A stretch of DNA of 64,000 nt from Eledone cirrhosa (lineage: Eukaryota). Made by a program: the position numbers and the translations under genes. This document shows positions 51,901 through 64,000 of this stretch, in pieces. The DNA lies in the NCBI GenBank assembly GCA_964016885.1, contig OZ024744.1:36208001-36272000 (forward strand), given 5' to 3'. A model generated the notes under the pieces. The model worked only from the letters and a program-made list of their open reading frames with translations. It was not told the DNA's origin and ran no database searches. Numbering within the stretch: position 1 is the stretch's first letter; each line of letters starts with the position of its first letter.

Positions 51901-54350
51901 TGTGTGTAGCTTTTCAGCGACAATTCGCCTAGCTGTTCGGGAGAAGCGGCGGGCTGGATCACGGGATGGACTGCCGCGGCTCTCGGCCTCTGAGACGGAG
52001 TGTTGTGAAAAGCCGATAACAGCCGCTGAAGTACGGGAGGCAATGACTGGCTGCACAAGGGGTAAATCGCCTGGTTTGGATGGTCTGCCCTACTAACTTT
52101 ACGTACACATTCCAGACTTGTTCGGTGGCCTCTTGGCGGACGTCTACTGAAACTGGCAACAGTACGGGAGAATTCCCAAGTCTGTGAACCGAGGAGCGGT
52201 GGCACTGATGAGAAAGGATCCGAACAAGGGGGATAACATAGATAATTTCAGGCCCACAACTCAGCTAAACACAGAGTTCAAGATTTTGTCCAAGGTGCTA
52301 TCAAAGAGGTTGGCGTTTGCCGTTGGTGGTCTGGTGGGAGAGGCACAGACATGCGCCATCCCAGACAGATCCAACCACGACAATCTCCACCTCATGCGAT
52401 ACATCCTAGGGAACCTGGCACGGGTGGGTCCTTGATCAATTTAGATCAGTCAAAAGCTTTTGATAGGGTTGACCATCATTATCTGAGGGCGGCAGTCCTG
52501 AGGGCGGCCAGCTTTGAGCCCGTCTTCAGAGGCTGGATCGCTGCCATGCACAGCCACATCTGTTCTGTGGTGAGAGTGAACGGTCACCTTTCGGAACCGT
52601 TCAGCATCATGCGCTCGGTCCGCTAAGGATGTCCCTTCTCCTTCTTGTTGTACGTAGTGTCTCTTAATCCATTACTGCACAAACTGGAGACGTTAAGGGG
52701 GAGTCCCACGCGAATTGGGATGCAGAAGATCGGTTTCAGCATATGCAGATGATGTCACCGTATTGGTGTCGAACGCCAAACACATCGAGGCGCTCGGCAC
52801 TACACTAAGAGAATACGAAGCGGTGACAGGAGCAATGATCAACCAGGAAAAGTCGGTGGGCATGCAGCTCGGCACCTTGAGTGATAGGTCCATGCCGTCG
52901 AACAGCGTCGCCGCGCGCTGGACGGACGGACCAGTTAAATTGCTAGGAGTCTGGTTCTGTCTGGACCTCCAAACGGACAAAAACTGGGATGAGATGACGA
53001 GCAGGGTGGCTTCTTTCACCCAGAAATGTACCGAAACAAAGCTATCACTGAAAGGTCAAACGGAGGTGGCGAATGGGTACATCGCATCTGTCATCTACTA
53101 CAATCTGACCGTCGTGCCTTGTCCTAAGTTTCGCCTGACTGCGTCTGAAGGTTTGCTCTTTCGCCTTTTGTGGAAGGGACGCGCTCCGACGATCAGGCGG
53201 TCCATCTGCTGTCAACACCCGCTACGTGGAGGGCTGGGCATGCCGCGGCTGATGATGCACAGACACGCGCCCAGGCTACAACATCTCCACCTCTTCCTCG
53301 ACGGTGATCAGGTGTGGTCGCCGTTTGCTAGACGCGTCTTTCTCCAGTTCATCTCATTGATGGAGCTGCAGTCCTGGGTCAAGCGAAGACCGAGAGGAAG
53401 CGCTTGGAGACTAGAGTGTCACAAGCGCTCACAGCCCTCTACCAGTGGGGAAATGTGATCGGTGGAGACCCCACCGTGGCGTTCTATAGAGGATTAGTGG
53501 AGGGGAAGAGCACGACATACTTGGGGAAAATCTAGGTGTTGACGAAAATTAACTAGCCAATCTCTTCGGTAGAACTTTGGTACAACTTCCAGAAATCCCT
53601 GCACTGGAAGAGCTACCGAGGAGCTTTGCCAGTTTGGAATAAACTCTACAAGCATGGAAGTGCCGTCAGCCGGGCATGTCCGAGCTGCGCGCAGGGCGAC
53701 GTAACCGTCCTGCAAACACTCGTCGAGTGTCCGAGCATTGCTGAATTGTGGGTTTATGTCGAACACCTGCTGTCGCGTGTAGGACGGATCCGGCTATCAG
53801 CTGAGTCTATCGTGAGGATTGCCCCGCCCTCTTCCTTTAGCCGGGAAGGGCAGGGAGTTTTTATCTGTCTGGTGGCCATGGCGAAAGAGATAGTATGGTG
53901 GACGCGTTTGAAAGAGCTGAAGACGAGCACTTACCTCTTCGGTGATGCCCTGATTGACTTTTTCAAATTTCATTTGAAAATGAAAATCAGAGCAGAGAGG
54001 GAAGTGCTCTCTTCCCAGCATTTTGTTGAAAGATGGGTGAGAGAAGCAAGAATGGCCCGAGTGAATGGGCCTACTCTGAGTATGTGTCTCTAAATTAAAG
54101 GTGGAAAACTGGGAGAGGGCACTTGCCTTGGTGGTCGGGGTCACTGTTCCCCTTTAATGGGCTTTTTCCACAACTGTCCCTCCGAAGTCTTCCCCCTATT
54201 AGGGAATTTTTCATTGTTATTTTTTTTGTTACATCCTCTGTTTTTGTTTTTTTCACGCAGAAATGCCCATTTGTACCGTCCTGTATTGGACCGTCCTGTA
54301 CAGTCCTTAATGTCTACTTTATGTAAACCCTTGCGGTTAATAAAGAAATC
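48997..54350 (+). mobile_element. Tx1-like element, older decayed copy C
   Basis: Collinear with copy B with many stops, frameshifts and deletions; same 3' end. Confidence 0.92.
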
Positions 54351-54359
54351 ATTATTATT

Positions 54360-56447
54360 CTTTGAGTCTCAGTCATTGATGTTAGTTAACTGGAAAGTTT
54401 GTTGAAAGGAATATCAAGCCACTACCTGCAGCCTCAGATATTCAGGACGTATCGGAGGGTTCTTGCTGTTCCCAGCAAGCATGCCTTTTGAAGCGTTCCA
54501 AAAAGCGTGAAGGGGCCAATTTTCTTTAACCATCCCTGGAAACTTTTTGAGATAGTACCTAGTGCGCCTATGACAATCGGGACCGCTTTGACTTCATGGC
54601 AGTTCCAAATCCTTTTTACCTCCCAATTTAAATCCTGGCATCGGTTAATTTTCTCCCTCTCCTTCTCTTGCACTCTCGTGTCGAATGGGCAGGCCACATC
54701 CACAATCAGCCACGATCTTTTTTCATTGTCCACAACCACCAGGTCAGGTCTATTGTGGTCCAGTTTCTTGTACGTCTGTATCCTAAAATCCCACAGCACC
54801 TTCACCTGATCGTTTTCTATCACCGACTCTGGCTTATGCTCATACCACTTCTCAGAATGTGGTAAATTGTTTACTTTGCACAGGTGCCAGTGGATCACCC
54901 TGCCGATCACATCATGTCTGCAGCCCTTATAGTGGGTCTGGGCTAGGTGTTTACACTCGGATACAATGTGAGCCACAGTCTACTCTCTCTCTCCACAGAT
55001 CCTGCACAGTGGGCTAGCCTCCTCCTTGTAGATATGGTGTTTCAACCCCTTCGTTTTGAGGGCCTGCTCTTGCGCAGCCATTAGCATTCCTTCTGTAGCC
55101 TTTTTAAGGTCTCCTCTTTTCAACCAGTTCCATGTCAGTGGATCTCTGAATTCAGTTTTCTCAAAGAAGGTACTATGAAGGGATTTTTCCTGAAGGCTGC
55201 TCTTTCTCCTTGTTGTTATTTCCTCCTTGGACACACGCTGGTTTATTGTCCTTTTCTTCAGTACAGTTCTGAGCATTGGCTCCTTACTACCAGTCACGTA
55301 TTTGTGTAGGTTGTTTTTCTCCATCTGAACACAGTCCTCTGTGCTGATAAGACCTCTTCCACCTTCATATCTCTTTAAGTAGAGTCTATCGACATCACTC
55401 CTCTTGTGGAACATGTTGTAGATAGTCAATAGCTTCCTAGTCTTCCTATCCATTTCTTTTTGTTCAGCAACATTCCATCTCAGAATTCCCGTACTGTACC
55501 TAATAATAGACACAGCTCGGGAATTTACTGCACTTATGGCATTCCTACTGTTCAGATGTGACTTTAATACGCTCCTTATTCTCCGAATGTATTCAGTTCT
55601 TATCAATTCCTTCATTTTGTTGTTCTTGATGTCATCAGCCTCCAGAACACCCAAATACTTGTATCCCTCCTCAGTGTTAATTTCATTTATCATTTCACCC
55701 GTTGGTACCTGGATTCCGTTACCTCTGCTCAATTTACCCCTCTTAATCACAAGGACCCCACACTTACTAATACCAAATTACCTACATATATCATTGCTGA
55801 AAATACGGACAGTGTCAACGAGCACATCCAACACCTTCTCACTCTTCCCGAAGAGCTTAATATCGTCCATGAAGAGAGGTGATTGATGGTAAGCTCTCCT
55901 TTTCCCAACTTGTATCATGCTCTCACTTTTCGCAGTATAATGGTCAAGGACATCAGGGCAAGGACAAACAACAGATGGGACAGACTATCTCCCTGGAAGA
56001 TACCTCTCTTGATCTTCACGCCTCCCAAGGATTCTCCAGCTGATGATAACTCTGTTTCCCAGGACTTCATACTTTTGCCCAACAACTGTCTGATGTTATC
56101 TGCCACCCTGAAGATCTCTAGGATTTTGGTGATCCAAGAATGAGGCACCATGTGTGTCTCCTCTTGCAATTCCTAATTACCATCTCATCAATAAGTAACT
56201 GGTCCTTTGTACCACAGGACTTCTTTCGGCATCCTTTCTGTTCGTCCGGTAACAAGTTTTTTGTGTGGAGGTGATGGTAGATTTCCCCAGACATAATGCT
56301 TGTCTTCCTGTCAAGAGTTTCCACGTTACGTATAGGTCTATAGTTGGTAACATCATTACCCTTGATTCGGTCTTTCATTATCAGAACTGTGGTACCTTTT
56401 GTCAACCACTCTGGTACCTCACCTGACATCAAGCAGTCATTGAACAT
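54360..56447 (-). mobile_element. R4/Dong element copy 3, 5'-truncated, frameshifted
   Basis: ORF pieces 54434-54976, 54980-55750, 55915-56169 and 56118-56447; (TAA)n at both ends. Confidence 0.93.
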
Positions 56448-56469
56448 TATTATTATTATTATTATTATT

Positions 56470-59400
56470 GGCGACCTACGTAGGAAATCGTATTATCGTG
56501 AGCTCCGCAAAGGTTTGTTATTTCCGTTTGTTTAAAAATTGCCATTTATGGAAAATTTTATTGTAAACTGTTTATAAGCACACATACATTGTTTTCCGAA
56601 AAGGACACCCAAAAAGATTGGGGCCTTGTGCCCAAAATTTTAACTTTTATTATTATCCAACATTTTCTTTGAAAAAAAATGGCTAATTCCCCTCTGCACG
56701 AAGCAGCTGAAAGCCTTCCTCACAAAATAACACCTCACACCGACACCACCATTGTAAATGTTACTACGTTTGCCAACACAAAAAAAAATATAAGCAGTAG
56801 CAATATTTTAAATTTGTCTCAGACAGACATTCATTTCCCGCCATTACCAATGACTGCAGGTGTTAAACCCTCCACCACCACCACCACCACCACCGCGACA
56901 ACAGAAACAAAAGAAGAAAAAAATAAATTAACTCGTGACGTCGAAATGAAATCAAGCAAAATGGCCTCTTCCCCACCAAAGACGACTGACGTCACCACCA
57001 CCACAACTGAAAATAAAATTAATATTAACGATAGCAACAACAACAACAATGACATTATAAAACCGACCCTCAGTTTCGCCATCGTAGCAAAACAATTCGA
57101 AGCGTTCACGGTAACTCAAGAAGATTTAGAAAATGCCAAACTAATGGTAAAGAAAGATGGGTACAGGGTCAGCCTCACCCCCCACCTAATAAAATGGAGC
57201 ATCGGCGCCTGTGCACCGTGTCGTATAGAACAATAAATGTAAAATCGCGCCGAGTGGAACGGGCATCCGAGTCCCAAATCCAAAAAGCTTTGGGACATGT
57301 GTGGGCAAGAAAAACCCACATCAGACGTGGGCAAAAGTATGGAACCGTGGATGGGTTATTTGAAACACCAGAGGAGGCTAGAGAACACTCCATGGCCCCA
57401 TTAAAAAGTGACGACTTCACACTCGTCCCAAGCTATTGTGGCCAGAGACTCGTAAAGATCAGGGTGACCCACGTTCCACCGGCCATCGAAATTCCCTGGC
57501 TAATAGCGGCTGTCATCGCCGGCATCGAGGCCAACACGAAAATAATAACAATAGCAAAAGAAAAGCAGGAAAACTGGTCCGGATCTGGGATGGAGCTCCT
57601 GATCCAAGCGGACCAAAAAAGCATTGAGGAGATCCCAGAGGTAATAGACCTCACTGACGGCAGCCACCTCACGGTAATTGTCGAGGGCAGAAGACCTAGG
57701 TGTGTCGTTTGTGGTGAAGGAACCCACCTAAGGGCTTTCTGCCCTCAGGCTAAAAGGTTGAGGCCACCTCTCCTACCCACCCCAGTGACACAACCATCAA
57801 CACCACCAGTAGCAGAGATGGCAGCAACAACTGTAGCAGTAACAACAGAAGCAACTATAACAGCAACAACCCCAGCAACAGTAGCAAAACCAACACCACT
57901 AGCACCACCAGCAAAACCAACACCACCACCACCCAACGCTTCAGAACTAGCACCAGCGCCTACACCATCCACCACACCACAACCAAAACTAACGGCTGTG
58001 GAGGATTTTCCACTCCCCGGCCTATCACAACTGGAGACAGATTGTGACGACGAGGAGTGGGAAACGATATCCGGAAAAAAAAAAAGAAACCAAAAAAGAA
58101 AAAATTCTCTTCCTTCCCCCTCCAAAAACAAAATACAGAGGGAAACAAATAAACTAAGAAACAAAAAAGTTAGGACAGATATGCCACCATCCACACCAGC
58201 ATCACCAACCCCATCAACCCAAACACCAACACCATCACCATCATTATCCCCAGCACCACCATCACCTACACCACAAAAGTCACCAAAATGCGAAACAGAA
58301 ACAAACCCACAACAAACGCAAACAAAACAAAACAACCAAAACGATACACACTACACAGCATTAAATTTGAACAACAAGCAATTATTACACTACATCCAAC
58401 ACAACACCAGCATCACAGAAAAAGACTACACAACAACCCCAAAATTCACACCACCTCCACACATACAAATCACTCGCATCACACAGAAAACGTACATGAC
58501 ACTAAAACAAAAATTCCCCAAAGACATCGGAGACTTCCGACAAGCAATCTCCAGGAGGATTTATAAGGACATCCTTCCTGAGGAGGCCACAAGCAGTGAA
58601 AAGGATGGAAAAGCCGTCCTTCCCCTACGAGAAGTAAGGTAAGTGGTCTTTCCCATCTTTTCCACTCCTTTTCAACATGACCTCACTCAGAATAGGCAGC
58701 ATAAATGCGCGTGGCTTGGGGTCGTCATGGAAGCAGGGCCACCTGCTCAACGACCTCAGGTCACTAAACATAGATGTAGTGGCCATCAGCGAGACCAGAA
58801 TCTCCGAAGCACAGGCTTTCGCACCGATCTTCGGCGGCTACGATGTGTACGCATCTCCCAGCCGTCCGGGATCGGGGGGAGGAGTTGCTGTGCTTTTTCG
58901 GAGAGGTTTGGATCTTGCCATACGGGCCATCTTCCTGGACCCAGAAGGTAAGTTGGTGGAGCTGGACGTGACCAGCGGAGACGGGAAATCTTTCAGGTTA
59001 GTGGCCGTCTATGCCCCGACAGGAGCAGGGCGGCCTGATTTCTTCCGGCGTCTGGATACCTTTCTTGGAACGTCCCGCTCTTTAGTGTTAGTGGGCGACT
59101 GGAACGGGATCTTAGATGCACGCTGGGATTGTGTGGGATTAGTGGATAGGGAAGGAGGGTGCAAGAGTCTCACCAACCTGCTCAGACGTTTTGAACTGTC
59201 TGACAGGTACCGAATGGATTTCCCGAATGTACCAATGTGGACTTGGACAAATCGCATAGGGTCATCCTGATCATATCTAGATAGAGTATTTTGTAGAGAA
59301 ATAGATAGGTCTAGCATAGGCTGTCCACAATTCAAGATAGTCAGCTACACGGACCACAAATTCGTGATCTGTGTGCTTGACTTAGATAGGCTTCATAGAC

Positions 59401-62338
59401 GAGGACCCGGCTACTGGAAGTTAAACGCGTCCTTACCAGCGCGCAAGGCCTACAGAGACCGGATTAGCGAACTAGTTAAGCGGGCGTTGACGGGGGCCAT
59501 CGTCAACAACAAGTGGTGGTTTGCTCTGAGAAGAGCAATTAGAATAGAGTCCATTAGGTTTAGTAAGACTTTAGCAATAGAGAAAAATAGAGCAGAGGGG
59601 GAATTAGTTAGAAAATTAGATGAGGCGCTTAGCAAAGGCATCGCGACCGACGTACTTGCGGCGAAATTGGCCCTTGACCAATTCTTCAATGCAAAGCACG
59701 AAGGCTGCGTTGTCAGAGCTAGGGTGCGTGCTCTCAGACACGAGGGGACGAAAGCCGTTGAATGGGCCCGAGTGGCGGAGGCGCGTCGTGGCAACAAAGC
59801 CACGATCCGGTCTTTGGTGGACCACGACGGGCGCATGCTACTCGATCCCGGGGAAATGTGTGAAGCTTTTCAGCGACACTTCGCTCAACTGTTCGGGGGC
59901 AGTGGCGGGCCGGATCGAGGGATGGACTTTAGTGTCTACCTCGACGGACTGCCGCGGCTTTCGGCCACTGAGGCGGAGTGTTGCGAAAAGCCGATAACAA
60001 CCGCTGAAGTACGGGATGCAATGACTAGTTGCACAAGGGGTAAATCGCCTGGTTTGGATGGTCTGCCCTATGAACTTTACGTACAAATGCCAAACTTGTT
60101 CGGAGGCCTCTTGGCGGACGTCTACTGCAACTGGCAACAGAACGGGAGAATTCCCAGCTCTGTGAGCCGAGGAGCGGTGGCGCTGCTGAGAAAGGATCCG
60201 AACAAGGGGGATAACATAGATAATTTTAGGCCCATAACTCTGCTAAACACAGAGTTCAAAATTTTGGCCAAGGTGCTAGCAAAGAGGTTGGCGCTTGTCG
60301 TTGGTGGTCTGGTGGGAGAGGCACAGACATGCGCCATTCCCGACAGATCCATCCACGACAACCTCCACCTCATGCGATACATCGTAGAGAGGGTAGCTAG
60401 GGAACCTGGCACGGGTGGGTCTTTGATCAATTTAGATCAGTCGAAAGCCTTCGATAGGGTCGACCATCGTTACCTAACGGCAGTCCTGAGGGCGGCTGGC
60501 TTTGGGCCCGTCTTCAGAGGCTGGATCGCTGCCATGCACAGCGACATCTGCTCTGTAGTGAGAGTGAACGGTCACCTTTCGGAACCGTTCAACATCATGC
60601 GCTCGGTCCGCCAAGGATGTTCCCTCTCGTCCCTATTGTACGTATTGACTCTCGAGCCATTACTGCACAAACTGGAGACGTTGAGGGGGGTCCCGCGCGA
60701 ACTAGGATGCGGAAGATCCGTGTCAGCATATGCCGACGATGTCACCGTAGTGGTGTCGAACGCCAAACACATCGAGGCGATCGGCACTACACTAAGAGAA
60801 TACGAAGCGGTGACAGGAGCAATGATCAACCAGGAAAAGTCAGTGGGCCTGCAGCTCGGCACCTGGAGAGGCAGGTCCATGCCGTCCAACAGCGTCGTCG
60901 GGCGCTGGACGGATGGACCGGTTAAATTGCTAGGGGTCTGGTTCGGTCCAGACCTCCAGACGGACAGAAACTGGGACCAGGTGACGAGCAGGGTGGCTTC
61001 TCTCACCCAGAAATGGGCCGAGAGGAAGCTATCCCTGAAAGGTCGAGCGGAGGTGGCGAATGCGTACATCGCATCCGTCATCTACTACCGCCTGACCGTT
61101 GTACCTTGTCCTAAGCCCCGCCTGACTGCGCTGGAGCGTTTGCTCTTTCGCTTCTTGTGGAAGGGACGCGCTCCGATGGTCAGGCGGTCCATCTGCTGTC
61201 AACACCCGCTACGTGGAGGGCTGGGCATGCCGTGGATGATGATGCGCAGACACGCGCTCAGGCTACGACATCTCCACCTCTTCCTCGACGGTGATCAGGT
61301 GTGGTCGCCGTTTGCAAGACACGTTTTTCCCCAGCTCGTCTCCTTGACGGAGCTGCAGTCCTGGGTCAAGCGAAGACCGAGAGGGAGCGCTTGGAGACTG
61401 GAATGTCTTCAGGCGCTCACAGCCCTCGACCAATCGGGCAATGTGATCGGTGGAAACTCCACCTTGGCGTTCTATAGGGGATTAGTGGAGGGGAAGAGCG
61501 ACGACGTACTTGGAGAAACTCTAGGCGTCGACGAAAATCAACTAGCCAATCTCTTCGGAAGGACTTTCGGGCCGGGGCCTATGGACAACTTCCAGAAATC
61601 CCTGGCCTGGCAGTGCTACCGAGGAGCCTTGCCAGTTCGGGATAAACTCTACAGGCATGGAGGTGCCGTCAGCCGGGCATGTCCGAGGTGCGCGCAGGGC
61701 GACGAAACCGTCCTGCACGCATTCGTCCAGTGTCCGAGCATTGCTGACTTGTGGGTTTATGTCGAACACCTGCTGTCACGTGTAGGACGGATCCAGCTAT
61801 CAGCTGAGTCCATCGTGAGGATTGCCCCGCCCCCTTCCTTTAGCCGGGAAGGGCAGGCAGTTTTTATCTGTCTGGTGGCTATGGCGAAAGAGATAGTATG
61901 GTGGACACGTTTGAAAGGGCTGAAGACGAGCACTTACCTCTTCGGTGATGCCCTGATTAACTTTTTCAAATTTCATTTGAAAAGGAAAATCAGGGTAGAG
62001 AGGGAAGTGCTCTCTTCCCAGCATTTTGTTGAAAGATGGGTGAGAGAAGCAAGTATGGCCCGAATGAATGGGCCTTCTCTGAGTATGTGTCTGTAAATTA
62101 AAGGTGGAAAACTGGGAGAGGGCACTTGCCCTGGTGGTCAGGGCCACTGTGGTCTTTTAATGGGCTTTCTCCACAAATGTCCCTTGGAAGTCTCCCCCCT
62201 ATTGGGGAATTTTTCTTTGTTATTTTATTTCAACCTCTGTTTTTTTACACGCAGAAATGCCCATTTGTACCGTCCTGTATTGTCCTGTACTGTCCTTAAT
62301 GTCTACTTTATGTGAACCCTTGTGGTTAATAAAGAAAA

Positions 62339-62339
<1 letters not shown>
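56470..62339 (+). mobile_element. Tx1-like element, copy D (ORF1 split at a C-run; ORF2 TGA at 59268-59270)
   Basis: ORFs 56679-57236, 57194-58642, 58677-59270 and 59364-62096. Confidence 0.95.
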
Positions 62340-62387
<48 letters not shown>

Positions 62388-64000
62388 GGCGACCTACGTA
62401 GTAAATCGTATCATCGTGAGCTCCGCAAAGGTTTGTTATTTCCGTTTGTTAAAAATTGCCATTTATGGAAAATTTTATTGTTAACTGTTTATAAGCACAC
62501 ATACATTGTTTTCCGAAAAGGACACCCAAAAAGATTGGGGCCTTGTGCCCAAAATTTTAACTTTTATTATTATCCAAAAATTTCTTTGAAAGAAAATGGC
62601 TAATTCCCCTCTGCACGAAGCAGCTGAAAGCCTTCCTCACAAAATAACACCTCACACCGACACCAGCATTGTAAATGTTACTACGTTTGCCAACACAAAA
62701 CAAAATATAAGCAGTAGCAATATTTTAAATTTGTCTCAGGCAGACATTCATTTCCCGCCATTACCAATGACTGCAGGTGTTAAAGCCTCCACCACCACCA
62801 CCACCGCGACAACCACCACCCCCACCACCGCGACAACAGAAACAAAAGAAGAAAAAAATAAATTAACCCGTGATGTCGAAATGAAATCAAGCAAAATGGA
62901 CTCTTCCGCACCAAAGACGACTGACGTCACCACCACCACAACTGAAACTAAAATTAAGATTAACACAAATAACGATAGCAACAACAACAACAATGACATT
63001 ATAAATCCGACCTTCAGTTTCGCCATCGTAGCAAAACAATTCGAAGCGTTCACGGTAACTCAAGAGGATTTAGAAAATGCCAAACAAATGGTAAAGAAAG
63101 ATGGGTACAGGGTCAGCCTCACCCCCCACCTAATAACATGGAGCATCGGCGCCTATGCACCGTGTCGTATAGAACAATAAATGTAAAATCGCGCCGAGTG
63201 GAACGGGCATCCGAGTCCCAAATCCAAAAAGCTTTGGGACATGTGTGGGCAAGAAAAACCCACATCTGACGTGGGCAAAAGTATGGAACCGTGGATGTGT
63301 TCTTTGAAACACCAGAGGAGGCTAGAGAACACTCCATGGCCCCATTAAAAAGTAACGACTTCACACTCGTCCCAAGCTATTGTGGCCAGAGACTCGTAAA
63401 GATCAGGGTGACCCACGTTCCACCGGCCATCGAAATTCCCTGGCTAATAGCGGCTGTCCTCGCCGGCATCGAAGCCAACACGAAAATAATAGCAATAGCA
63501 AAAGAAAAGCAGGAAAACTGGTCCGGATCTGGGATGGAGCTCCTGATCCAAGCGGACCAAAAAAGCATTGAGGAAATCCCAGAGATAATAGACCTCACTG
63601 ACGGCATCCACCTCACGGTAATTGTCGAGGGCAGAAGACCTAGGTGTGTCGTTTGTGGTGAAGGAACCCACCTAAGGGCTTTCTGCCCTCAGGCTAAAAG
63701 ATTGAGGCCACCTCTCCTACCCACCCCAGTGACACAACCATCAACACCACCAGTAGCAGAGATGGCAGCAACAACTGTAGCAGTAACAACAGAAGCAACT
63801 ATAACAGCAACAACCCCAGCAACAGTAGCAAAACCAACACCACTAGCACCACCAGCAAAACCAACACCACCACCACCCAACGCTTCAGAACTAGCACCAG
63901 CGCCTACACCATCCACCGCACCACAACCAAAACTAACGACTGTGGAGGATTTTCCACTCCCCGGCCTATCACAACTGGAGACAGATTGTGACGACGAGGA
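62388..64000 (+). mobile_element. Tx1-like element, copy E (5' part, cut by the window end)
   Basis: Same 5' end after (TTA)n; ORF1 62596-63180 plus a downstream frame with a stop. Confidence 0.93.

Overview
Eukaryotic, AT- and microsatellite-rich DNA with no recognisable host gene. The repeat content suggests a mollusc, probably a cephalopod such as Octopus (inference). Bases 1-27 kb are decayed retroelements: RTE, Penelope-like (PLE), R4/Dong and tRNA-derived SINEs, plus hammerhead-ribozyme repeats and fold-back inversions. Bases 27-64 kb are a dense cluster built on (TTA/TAA)n microsatellites. Five Tx1-like L1-clade elements (APE-RT), all on the + strand, are interleaved with R4/Dong elements (RT-RLE), all on the - strand. 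One Dong ORF (1130 aa) and one Tx1 ORF2 (1139 aa) are intact. Main leads: (i) two unrelated retrotransposon clades share one microsatellite target in strictly opposite orientation; (ii) the Dong copies appear to carry a captured Tx1-like 5' end; (iii) a conserved 52-nt GT-AG intron-like spacer would fuse Tx1 ORF1 to ORF2 in frame; (iv) a 534-nt non-coding repeat unit carries a complete type I hammerhead (retrozyme-like). All alignments and RNA folds were read by eye.
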